Source of the DNA: Octopus sinensis
Taxonomy: Eukaryota
Assembly: GCF_006345805.1 (NCBI RefSeq)
Contig: NC_043016.1
Span: 14,136,001 to 14,200,000, forward strand
Length of the DNA stretch: 64,000 nucleotides
Direction: 5' to 3'
Shown here: in pieces, positions 38,642 through 50,335 of the stretch
Layout of the letters: each line of letters starts with the position of its first letter
Numbering within the stretch: position 1 is the stretch's first letter
Translations under genes and position numbers: made by a program
Notes under the pieces: generated by a model
The model's input: only the letters and a program-made list of their open reading frames with translations
Told to the model about the DNA's origin: nothing
The model's database searches: none

Positions 38642-39448
38642 CATGAAACACATTCCAGAAGTTTTGAGACTTTATTAGGAGAGGCAGTTATAACTATCCT
38701 AGATTATTGTAATTTCTGTATATCATTACGATACATCTAATAAGCTGACCTGCCACCAACTTTTTGTTTTTTTATTATTCCAGATTGAAGGAGATGGCCG
38801 TAGCAGTATTTTGAACACACCTGACTATACACTGCTTGTCACAGCAGACTGGTTTGCAGAATACAGTTGAGACATGGCCATTTGGAAGCTTACCATGCAA
38901 TCATATTCTGTGTTTGAGCTGGGCAAAAATGCTACAGAAAATTATGAAACGCTCCAGACTGGGCATGGATTAACATGTGTGAGCTGAGCATGTTTCTCTC
39001 ACTAGCATAAGAGGCCAAGCAAAACAAGTCCACCAGGAAGCTCATCATATCCAATGAGTTCTCTCCGGCCAAACAGTCAACAAAGAGTAATTTGTAGAGA
39101 TTTTGAGGGAATTCAGGAAATTTCATCACAGATAGCCAGAGCACGGCACACAGACAATGCATGTCCACAATTCCATCCTGGTAACTGACTAATTAACAGA
39201 GATGGTCATCAAAACTGCCCCTCACTCTCCCTACAGCCCAGACCTTGCAACTTGTGACTTCTGGTTGTTCCCTCAAGCTGAAGGAGGCTGTGATAAGGGT
39301 CCTGGACACCTTTGCTTTCAAGGACTTACATGGGGCATTCACTACAAGTCAGAGGACCCTACTTTGAAAGAGATCAGAATTTCCTACTTTTTTTAAATAA
39401 ATAAATTTCACTCCTGAAACAGTCTCACAACTTCTGGAATGCACCTTT
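38642..39448 (+). mobile_element. Internally deleted mariner element
   Basis: TIR core CATTCCAGAAGTTTTGAGACT 38651-38671 matches the reverse complement at 39421-39441; HSPYSPDLATCDFWLFP motif. Confidence 0.75.
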
Positions 39449-39919
39449 TATATATATATATATATATATAATATAAATTAGAGAAAAACCACTATTATGC
39501 AATTCCAACAATGATACACATAAACCAAATCATAAAATATATTTTTTAAAGCATATAACTAGATCACAAAAAGTATAAAAATGAATGTCAATATATAAGT
39601 AAAAAAACTATGTACGTTTTATGACTATAATTAAATTCAAATTACATTTAAATTTAATCGAAAATTAAAATAATAACAATAATAGTTTAATAAATAAGCA
39701 AATAGAGTTAAACAATATTTATTAAAAAAATAAAATAATGATTTTTCTTATAGAAGAAACTCCATTAACTAAATTTGAAATTTAAAACATTAGGACCAGT
39801 TGCCTACAATACATTTATTATATTAAATATTTGAGGTAAAAAATAGAGTAAATAGATAGAAAAATGTATTTATCTGTGAAGATATAATTTAGCTTAATAA
39901 AAAACATTAATAAACTATA

Positions 39920-40125
39920 TTTCGTTTTTGGATTTGGTTTGCAAGATTCTTTATATGAGTTTGTGTGTTGAAGCATATTCTGTGGGGAGAGACATTTTCT
40001 TTTTGTGCCTTATAATGTAACACACTCGATGGTAAAATTTCCACTTATTTCTTATTCTCCTAAAATTTTCATTGTGTTTTGCAACCTTTTCAATAGTCTT
40101 GACTATTGAAATAGCCCAGCACCTG
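39920..40125. repeat. Unclassified dispersed repeat
   Basis: homologous to 63741-63940 (ATTTCGTTTTTG.ATTTGGTTTGCAAGATTCTTTAT..). Confidence 0.6.
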
Positions 40126-40412
40126 ACAACTGTGATTGTTTGGGCAGGAGTTTTACAGCTGGATGCCTTTCCTAACACCAGCCACTCAGCAGAGTGGACT
40201 TAGTGCTTTTCACATGGCACAAGCACAGATGAGGTGAGTAGTGCTTTTTATGTTTATATGTATATGTGCATATATGTGTGTGTGTATGTATACATATATA
40301 TGTATATATGTGTATGTGTGTATATATATATATATATGTATATATGTATATATATATATGTATGTGTGTGTATGCATATGTATACATATATATATATATA
40401 TATGTATATGTG

Positions 40413-40750
40413 AAGGTGCATGGCTCAGTGGTTAGAGCATCGGGCTTACGGTTGTGAGGTTGTGAGTTTGATTCCCAGACCGAGCTGTGTGTTGTGTTCT
40501 TGAGCAAGACACTTTATTTCACGTTGCTCCAGTTAACTCAGCTGTAGAAATGAGTTGCGATGTCACTGGGGCCAAGCTGTATCAGACCCTTTACCTTTCC
40601 CTTGGATAGCATCGGTGGCATGGAGAGGGGAGGCTGGAAGGCAGGGGCGACTACTGGCCTTCCATAAACAGCCTTGCCCAGACTCGTGCTTTGGAGGGTA
40701 ACTTTCTAGGTGCAATTCCATGGTCAGTCATGACCGAAGGGGTCTCTTCA
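40413..40750 (+). mobile_element. tRNA-derived CORE-like SINE family 3
   Basis: GGCTCAGTGGTTAGAGC A box, GTTTGATTCCC B box, TCTTGAGCAAGACACTT core; copies at about 46207-46540, 46690-46900, 20260-20500 (+) and 9955-10205, 27995-28155, 52955-53175, 63470-63705 (-). Confidence 0.75.
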
Positions 40751-40754
40751 TATA

Positions 40755-40809
<55 letters not shown>

Positions 40810-41260
40810 AGAATTCACGAAAAAACAAAGCAAAAGACAAAGACAGGTGGTGTAGAAAACAAACAGATGTATTAGTATAACGCTGGGAATCGAAAAAGTC
40901 TTTAACATTTTGAGCCAACTCTCTTCCACAGAAAGGAACACAGAAAGAAACAAGGAGAGAAAATAAAGGAGAGAAAAAAGGGAGAGAAAAAAAGAGAGAA
41001 AAAAAGGAGAGAAAAAAGGAGAGAAAAAAGAGAGAGAAAAAAGGGAGAAAGAAAAAAGGGAGAGAGAAAAAAGGGAGGGAGAAAAAGGGAGAGAGAAAAA
41101 AGGGAGAGAAAAATGTAAATAGCGGTACCAATCTATCATGGTGAATATATATATATCATGTGTATGTGTATATATATATATATTCCATGATCTCCTGTGC
41201 CCATATATGCATGCATATACAAATATATGTGATATATATTTACATATTTATATATATATA

Positions 41261-41300
<40 letters not shown>

Positions 41301-41534
41301 ATAAGGTTGATATATATATATACTAATTCATATTTATAATGTATAATTTATAAATTTTAATCCTTAATATTACAAAGTATCATTTTAATTTTTTTATTTT
41401 TAATCTTTAAGGCTTAATTTTATTGATTATTTTTTTAAAGGGATGTAAAATTAGATTTATAATATTTTGAAAAAGAACCTGAAGATGTGTTGGAATAATT
41501 GTAAATCTGATGATTGCATATATATATATATGTA

Positions 41535-41949
41535 CTCAACATAAAATAGTGTACATTTAAACATGAGAAGTGACCTTTAACAGTCAGCTTTACATGCTAG
41601 GAGAAGCAGTTAAAACAACCAAAACCACATTTAAGAGCAATTTCAAAGGGAATGAAAAATAAAAACTTTTACCTTATTTTTTTACAGTCATACCTAAATT
41701 ATATGTTAATGTTATGGCACAGTCACTGATGAGAATTTCACCTAGCAAATTATTTTATTTGCTAGATAAAATTCAAAACCTAGGTATGACTGTAAAAAAA
41801 ATAACAAGGTAAAAGTTTTTATTTTTCCTTCCCTTCAAAATTGCTCTTAAATGTGGTTTTGGTCGTTTTAACTGCTTCTTCTAGCATGTAAAGCTAACTG
41901 TTAAAGGTAGTTTTCTCTTGTGTTTCAATGTACATTATTTTATATTGAG
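41535..41949. mobile_element. Hammerhead-containing fold-back element B
   Basis: arms 41535-41696 and 41781-41949 are near-identical reverse complements; the HHR fills the centre. Confidence 0.75.
41719..41793 (+). ncRNA. Type-I hammerhead ribozyme with extended stem II, G12A mutant
   Basis: stem I ACAGTCA/TGACTGT, CTGATGA 41726-41732, stem II GAATTT/AAATTC enclosing the hairpin CTAGCAAAT/ATTTGCTAG, AAAA instead of GAAA, palindrome ACCTAGGT, GUA triplet. Confidence 0.75.
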
Positions 41950-42052
41950 AATATGTTGTCTGTTGACTTTTTATACATGCTAGGCCACTGGTAGTGAAAT
42001 TTCTAAAAAACTCACTACCCTATATAATTTATGTATATATATATATATAATT

Positions 42053-42095
<43 letters not shown>

Positions 42096-43444
42096 TCATC
42101 ATCATCATCATCATCGTTTAACGTCCGTTCTCCATGCTAGCATGGGTTGGACGGTTCGACCGGGGATCTGGGAAGCCAGAAGGCTGCACCAGGCTCCAGT
42201 CTTATCTGGCAGTGTTTCTACGGCTGGATGCCCTTCCTAACGCCAACCACTCCGTGAGTGTAGTGGGTGCTTTTTACGTGCCACCTGCATACATATATAT
42301 ATGTATGTATGTATACTATTGTGTGTGTATATATTGTAATCTTTCAGTACTGAAACACATGTAGTTCCTTCATATTTAATTAATTTAGTGTTAACTAAAG
42401 TAGGAGATAATTAAGAAAGTATAGTTTATACCCTGCTGTTATAAGGGTTATGTCCTTTAAGTATTATTTCGTGATGTGCAAATGGATACCATGTGTTTAC
42501 TTTCAGATATACTCATTGGGTTATTTTTGTATTATCTGAAATAGAATACCTGCATATCTATTAATCCCATAAACTGAATTACACACACATATATGTAAGT
42601 TGAAAGGCATATAAAAATTGCGACAAACATTGAAATACTAAACATTTACTGAATAAATACATTGAATTTTATTAATTAAATTAGTTTTTTTGGAATGAAC
42701 TAGAAGTGTTTTTTTTTTTTTAGTTTATGACTAATATATATTTAGTTTCTGTTTGAATAAACACACAGCACTTTCCTCCAATACATCATTGCTTTTAAAT
42801 GGTTTACATGAATTCCTGAAAATTTCAGTTTTAATTCCCAGTGTTACATCAAACCAGTTGACAAACTTAATAAAATATCTATGAAAGCATTTTATTCGAA
42901 TTTGAATTGAATTTTTAATTGTTTTCCATGCTCATTCTAATCTTATGTAGTGATTTCTAATACAAGCTGAAGGCTTCAAATTATGGAGGAAGGATACAGT
43001 TGGTTACACAGATCCCTAATTCATTAATGGCACTTTATTTTATTGAGCCTAGAAGGATTAAAAGCAAAGTTGTTCCTAATGGAATTTCAACTCAGATTTT
43101 TAATGGGCTATAAGTAAATAACAGAAGGCATTTTGTTTGGTGCTCTACCGGTTCTGATAAGACAACAATACTTGTTGAGTTTGGAAGAATGGAGTCTGAC
43201 AGAGTCAGCAGTTTGTATTCTGTTCTCTGAGAAGCTTTGGATGGGCAAAACGCTTTTCTTTCATTAGCTACTCAATTTATTTAACAGTAAATAAATGCTA
43301 TGGGGGGAGGTATTGCTTGTTGCTGGATGGGTGAATTATGTAATTGATATAAAGCTTGCAGTGCTGAGTTCAAATCCTATTTATTCCAGTAACAAAGTAA
43401 TAACTGAAGTAGTAATTATTACAGTTCATAATGACAAGAATAAA

Positions 43445-45050
43445 TTAACTCATTAGCATTTAAATCAGCCCAAATATTCCATATGCTTTTATGTTCAAAC
43501 AGGGTAGATCTGGTTTCTCACACCTATTCTACAACCTCCATTCTAAAACTAAATCATGTCACTGAAATTTGAAAACTACAAGATAATACAAAATTAATTG
43601 CACACAATGTGAATAAATACACATTACATTTGACAGAATGCTTTAATAGGAAAAAAAACAAAAACATGAGAACTTTGGTTACAAAAGATATTTTCCATGT
43701 TAGCCATTAAGGAATTCTTCCTGAACTAATGTAATCACTTGACTTAATAGAAATAGCAGTCACATTTTCCTCAAACTACACTTGTACCACTTAAAAAAAA
43801 AGAAAAACAGAAACACTTAGATGATGTAGTCTATGATTAAGAAAAGATGAGAAAATTGTGGCTGGAATATTTGATCATCTGACCTGGGGCTAAATAGCAA
43901 TTTACTTTCTCAGAAGCACTAGAAAACGCATGTCACAAGTTGGGATATTTCTAATTTTAAAAACATTTTCAGCTGATTTCTAACTAAAATCTTTTAGCAT
44001 TTAAATTAGTCAAATGTAATGATTATTTATCCACATTATTTTCAATTCCTCATGGCTTATCTTGTAGCTTTGAGGTTCCAATGAGGTGATTGTTTATTTT
44101 TAGAATGACATTGTAGGATAGGTGTGAGAGGCTGGATCTGGTCGGTTTGAACATAAAACAGGCAGATTATTTGGGATGTATATTGCTGGTTTATATGCTA
44201 AAGAGCAACAAGAAAAAGAGAATATCAACAAAACACATTTACACTAGTTTAAAAGAATATGATAAATAGCTCAAAAAATTTTGTCAAAAGCATCAAAAAT
44301 AGTTTAACCCTGTTGCTAGGGTAGTGAACGACAGAGTCAATAAAGCCCTGGACAAAATAATTCTGTGGTATTTACTTATGTCCTGTATATTCCGACCTGG
44401 GTAGACTTTACCTTTCTCCCCCCTCCCCCCATTATCAGTGAAATAGTTAAGGCAATACATTTTAGCATTTCCCTCAAAATTCTAATATTCAATTTATCCC
44501 TTTAATATTTAAAGTGACCATATCTAATCCAAATATTCTACTTCTTTTATGTTCAGACTGGCCAGATCCAACCTCTCACAACTACCCTACAATGTCATTC
44601 TACAAATAAACAATCATATCACTGAAATCTCAAAGCTATGAGATAATTCATGATTTGTTCATATCAATATGACTAAACAAGCATTACATTTGACTGAGTA
44701 GCCTAAATGATAAAGGGTTAAGCTGGCCCCCATATCCAGCCCAAATATTCTACCTGTTTTATGTTCAAACCAGCCAGATCCAACCTATCTCACCTACCCT
44801 ACAATATCACTCTAAAAATAAATAATTACATCATCAAAATCTTGAATCTGCGAGACGATGCAAGATTAATTCCAAATAAATAAGCATTATATTTGGCAGA
44901 GAAACCTGAATGCTAAAGAGTTAAACTAGCCACAACCACCCAAATATCCTACCTGTTTTATACTGAAACTGGCAAGATCCAGCTTCTCACACCTACCCTG
45001 CTATGTTATTCTAAAAATAAACAATCATATCATTGAAATCTCAAAACTAG
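43445..45050. mobile_element. Cluster of five approx. 220-bp TTAA-ended (piggyBac-like) MITE copies
   Basis: ends like TTAAC(C/T)C.TTAGCATT / AATGCTAAAG(G/A)GTTAA; one - copy (43990-44205) and a head-to-tail trimer (44485-45050); another copy at 22270-22475. Confidence 0.6.
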
Positions 45051-45346
45051 TAGGGGTGGATGCTCAGAGATTATTGCCACTAAAATAAGAATAGCCTGGG
45101 CAAAGTTCAGAAAGCTCCTACCTCTACTGGTGACAAAGGGCCCCTTGCTCAGAGTGAAAGGTAGATTGTACGATGCATGTGTGTGAACAACAATGCTTCA
45201 CAGCAGTGAAACATGAACCATGACTGCTGATGTGTAATGTCAGTGTGCACACACAACAGAGTGTAAACATCCTGAGAGAAATGTTGGACATAAGAAGTAT
45301 CATATGTGGCATGCAAGAGAGATGACTGTGCTGGTATAGTCATGTA

Positions 45347-45920
45347 CTACGGATGGATGAGGAGAACTGTGTAAAGAAGTGTCAATCCCAAACAGAGGAA
45401 GGAACCCATGGTAGAGGGAGACTCAGGAAGACATGGGATGAGGTGGTGAAGCATGACCTTCGAATGTTGGGCCTCACAGTGGCAATGAAAAAAAAGACCG
45501 AGACCTCTGGAGGTGTGCTGTGACTGAGAATACCCAGCAAATAAAGTGAGTTCACAGCTGTAGCATAACCAGCCCATTTAAAAGAAAGTAAGTTGTGGCT
45601 GATGCCAGTACTGCCTGATTGGCTCCTATGCTGGTTGCATGCAATAAGCACAATTCATGTGTGGGTTGTGCCGCTTGACTGGCTCCCTCTGCCAGTGGCA
45701 TGTAAAAAGCACCATTCGAATGTGGTTGATGCCAGTTCACTCCAACTGTAAAAAGCACCCGCAACACTCTTGGAGTGGTTGGCATTAGGAAGGGCATCCA
45801 GCTGTAGAAACATTGCCAGATTAGACTGGAGCCTGGTGTGGCCTCCTGGCTTGCCAGACCCCAGTCAAACTGTCCAACCCATGCCAGCATGGAAAGCAGA
45901 CGTTAATCAATGATGATGAT
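45347..45920 (+). mobile_element. RTE LINE 3' end (RT C-terminus, 3' UTR, (ATG)n tail)
   Basis: GRGRLRKTWDEVVKHDLRMLGLT runs directly into the abundant ..CCCATGCCAGCATGGAAAGCAGACGTT..(ATG)n repeat. Confidence 0.8.
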
Positions 45921-46949
45921 CATTTCACAAAGTAGTCTGAATGCTAAAGGGTCAAGTTAAGAATCAACTGAAAATGTTTTCAAAATTATAAAAATCAGAT
46001 CTTTGGACAAGTTCTTTCCAATACTTCAGAGAGGAACTGAATGTATATACAAATAAGCCATATATCATTACATCAGATTTTTAATGTTTTACCCCTTGGT
46101 AAATAAATGAACATCAGCTACTAAATATAATTAGCAACATCGATACCTTTTTGTTGAGATTTGTGCATCAAACATTTTACAAAAATATGTAACTTATACA
46201 TTTGGGGAAGGCGCATGGCTCAGTGGTTAGAGCATCGGGCTCACCGTCACAAGATAGTCAGTTCGATTCCCAGACTGGGCTGCATGTTGAGATCTTGAGC
46301 AAGACACTTTATTTCATGTTGCTCCAGTTCACTCAGTTGTAGAAATGAGTAAACTGGGGCCAAGCTGTATCGGCCCTTTCCTTTCCTTTGGATAACACTG
46401 GTGGCATGGAGAAGAGAGGGCTGGTATGCATGGGCGACAGTTGGTCCTCCATAAACAACCTTGCCTGGACTTGTACCTCAGAGGGTAACTTTCTAGGTAG
46501 TCCCATGGTCATTCATGACTGAAGGGGATCTTTACTCTTTTAAATTTTGTGAAACTTTAATTTCTCTTAAAAACACAACTAAATAAAAAAATAAGACATT
46601 TTGTTTTCCTTGTTTAACTGCAACTACTTTCTTGTAATAAATTGACTTTTGACTTTTGTAATATTTGCCTACGTGTATGATGTATTGTGGAGGTGCATGG
46701 CTTAGTGGTTAGGGTGTTGTACTCATGATTGTAAGATTGTAGTTTTGATTCCTGGACCGGGTGACGTGTGGTGTTCTTGAGCAAAACACTTCATTTCACG
46801 TCACCCCAGTACACTCATCTGGTAAAAATGAGGATTCCTGAGACAGACTGGCGTCCTGTCCAAGATGGAATATATATGCCAGAGAAACCAGAAAACCAAC
46901 CCTATGCTCCTTACAGGTTAATATGGATTAACCATGCTGTATCATACCT

Positions 46950-47720
46950 TACATTTAAAAATATCTCCATGTATCCCTCTTCCCCCTCACAATTTCCATC
47001 ACAGGTAACATTTACAAAAGCAGAAGTTAAACAAACCACGACACAAAAGACTGTCTAAAGGCCATCAACTGCTCAATGACCCACAAATATGAACAGCTCT
47101 TAACTAGAATCCTTGTAGTTGTTCCAAATGTTAGGGGTTTCTTTCACTAAGTATCCCTCTGGTTGAAACTGCATCTTTGACACAGTTAGGACTGCATGCC
47201 AATGACTGGTCCTTCTCTTCGAGGCCAGAAACTATTTCACCTGCCAGCAATCACAGGCACTCTACAAAGCTCAGATGAGGCCCTCAATCGAGCATTGCCT
47301 CCACATCTAGAACAGTGCCGCTGTTGCTGTACACACAAAACATCTTAGACCACATCCAGAAGGCTACTACTGACCAGTATAAAGCCACTCGCATATAGAC
47401 TCAAGCTTCTGACCCACAGGTATGCTGTCTCCTTCTTCTGTCTTTCTGAACACAGTTATAATGGCTTCTGATCCTCAGAGATGACAGATCTCAACCCACT
47501 TCCACTCAGATACTCCCAACTTTCCTCCTTTCTTCTCATCCCCCATGCTATGTCCAATTCCACTACATCCTCTGCTAGTTATTGCACCCAGTCTTTCTTC
47601 TCCAAAACTTCCTTTCAAGTCTCTTCTTTGCTTGTGTCTCTCCAGCTGGTGTTTATTTGCAACAATTTAAGCAAATATTAATGACACCATTCTCACTGGT
47701 CTTGGAGAGGCTGTGACAGC
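46950..47720 (+). mobile_element. CR1/Jockey-type LINE 3' remnant
   Basis: LYKAQMRPSIEHCLHI motif; a related remnant lies at 8200-8520 (-). Confidence 0.5.
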
Positions 47721-49199
47721 AGCCATGGATAATTCCCCTTCTCCAACAAGTAAAAATTAAATTTTAAAAAAACTAAAATAACAAAATTATACACAACCTA
47801 TCAGAACTAAGAGAGATGCTGCTCAAAGATATACCTGAGAATGAAAGATATGTTTGACTGAAAACCAACTTGCAATCCTCAATGCCAAAATTCAAAGATT
47901 GCACAGGTGCTACCTGTATACCTATCAGCATTAGGAACAAATTTCCAAAAGCTGTAAGTGATCACCGATGATGAAATGCAGACTTTACGGAATTTGGATG
48001 CCCAAACGCCTCACGTTTTTGAAAATAGAGAGAAGTGGTGGTTAGATCGTCTGCATGTTAAGCTAGGTATCCAATAAGACCATTGTTTACGAATACATCT
48101 AAGTGACATTTGTCCCATTTTCTATAACAAAACTCAACTGTCAGAATTGTTAGCGCATCAAATAAAACAGTTGCATTCATGCTTTGGGGTTCAAATACCT
48201 ACGAAGTCAACTTTGCCTTTCAACTTTCTGGATTTCATAAAATAAAGTACTTTAACTACAGCACTGATGGGAAGGCGTGTCGAATTCTATAATACAACCT
48301 GCACGTGAATGGAATTATAATAAAAGACCAAAATATTATGCACAGTTGTACAATGAGACAGACAAACTACTACTTTTTTTTCTTTTTTCTTTCTTGGTTT
48401 TTGTATCTGGGACTTTGACTCGCAGTCGTAATTGTTTAGCTTGATCTAAAAGTAAACTCAAATTTATGGATCAGCTGTTAATAAACCTATTTGTTAATCA
48501 AAGCAGCTAATCTTACTCAATTGTTGTCAACTGATCGACGTTTACACAATTTGCAAATGAATGTTTTACGTTTAAAATGTAATCACGTTAGAAGCAGATT
48601 AAGATAAAAACATTATTAATGTGATAAATAATTCATTGAATTGTAAGAAGACAATTGGTGGAAGTAAATGTAACCCAATGATAATAATATATGCAATAAT
48701 ATGAAGTGAAGAATGATTTTCATTCTTAACCTCAGCATAGAAGTGGAGAGCTGATATCTACAAATCGCCCAAACCTTACAATAAAAACGACCCTCCTAAT
48801 TATTATCTACTCGAGACATAGAAAGAGATAACAATGATAATATTCAAAGGTTAATTTAGTTCAATATCGAACAAACAATAGGCTTTCTGGTTGGCTCGTC
48901 ACTATTCTACAAGTGTCATTTTAATATATTTTACTTCAACTATAAAATGAAATTAAAATTTCAGCTACTGTTCAGTAATTAGTATCATGCCAATATAACA
49001 TATAGACTTTAATTGAAGAATCATGCAATTTATGAATAATAATATATTAAATTGATGTTTTTTTCAAATGAATGAATACGATGAATGAAATAATGCTCGT
49101 CTATTTTAGATTAAACATAAAAATGAAGAAAACATTGCGAAACATTTACGCAAAAAGAATGTTTTTATAATATGAAAATATTGTGGTCTTGCACATTAC

Positions 49200-49506
49200 C
49201 TACGGTGGAATGAACAAATCTTCGATTAGTATACAGACGAAGAATAAGTGCGCAGTTCTTCGAGGTGTTGCACAACTAGATTGATTAATAAATGCCTCAA
49301 AACCCAAGAATCCAATATGTAAGTTACGAAGCGAGGAGTAACAGGGGTAAATATAAAAAAATGTTCAGGAAATGTGATTAAATTACTTCCAGCGTAAAGA
49401 AAATTAATATTCTTAAGATTCTCATTCTCGAGAATGGTAAACAACAGTTATTTCTATGCAGAGTCGGGGGTATTGATTAAGTAGAATTTATGTGTTGCTT
49501 TTTATA
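49200..49506 (-). promoter_or_regulatory. Candidate TATA/Inr promoter and non-coding exon 1 of the BTBD3/6 gene
   Basis: TATAAAAAG at 49506-49498, Inr-like TCAATA with +1 near 49474 (32 nt spacing), donor TAG|GTAATG at 49200/49199; inside a CpG-retaining zone; inference only. Confidence 0.3.
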
Positions 49507-49889
49507 ATAACGGTTTGGTCAATTCTAAAACGTTATAAGAGTAGGAATCTGCACATATCTGCATAGGTCTACGTCTTTGGTAAAGAATTCAAATACATTA
49601 TCAGAATAAAAGTGGTATATAGAACAATCAAAGATGTTGGTGTTAGTAGTTAAGTTAAAGTTGTAGGAAATATTATGGTTCCACCAATAATGCAGCTTAT
49701 TATAGAGAATGGTAACTCATTCTAGATCTGCTAAAGCGAAACATACAAACAAAAGGTAAGCGATGAAATAGTGAAATGGAATAAACTAAAACAATAACAG
49801 TATTTATTTAATTAAAGAGTTACTAATGCATTATTGCATGCAGCTGAAGGAAATTTTGATAAAATATATGAATTAGAAAATGACAAAGT

Positions 49890-50335
49890 TGTGACGGTGA
49901 AGAATTACCGAAAAATGGTTCAGGGAGACTAGGCACCATCACAAAACTATGACAACGGAAATATGATGATACCTGTGACATATATTTTGGATTACTGATA
50001 GAATATTGTCAGCGACATGGTGAACCTAGAATAAATTATATGGGATACTAGTAATGGTGTTTGTTATTACCTCTAAACAGTTTGGTAGCGATGGCGAAGC
50101 GTACAAAAGAAGAACAGCCACAAGCAGCAACACTGGTTGACCCCCTTCCTCTTGCTGACAGCAGTCCCATGCTACAGATCACCGCCGCAACCACCCCCAA
50201 CTTTCCTACCACTTCACTGGCACCGAAGCCAGGAGCAGATAATTTATCTTGTTCGGATTTGGATTTCTCCGTTCAATTGGAAAATATTTCATGATCATTT
50301 CATGAAACAACAAGAGCCTCTGAACGGCAGTTCGA
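49890..50335 (+). mobile_element. Possible LTR + PBS + gag-like start of a Ty3/Gypsy remnant
   Basis: TG..CA segment 49890-50079 with AATAAA, TGGTAGCG at 50083, ATG 50091 MAKRTKEEQPQ..DLDFSVQLENI; weak. Confidence 0.25.

Noticed and set aside
40413-40485. tRNA-like sequences with A/B boxes (also 1383, 46207, 46690)
   Set aside because: SINE heads running into SINE bodies; no complete cloverleaf.
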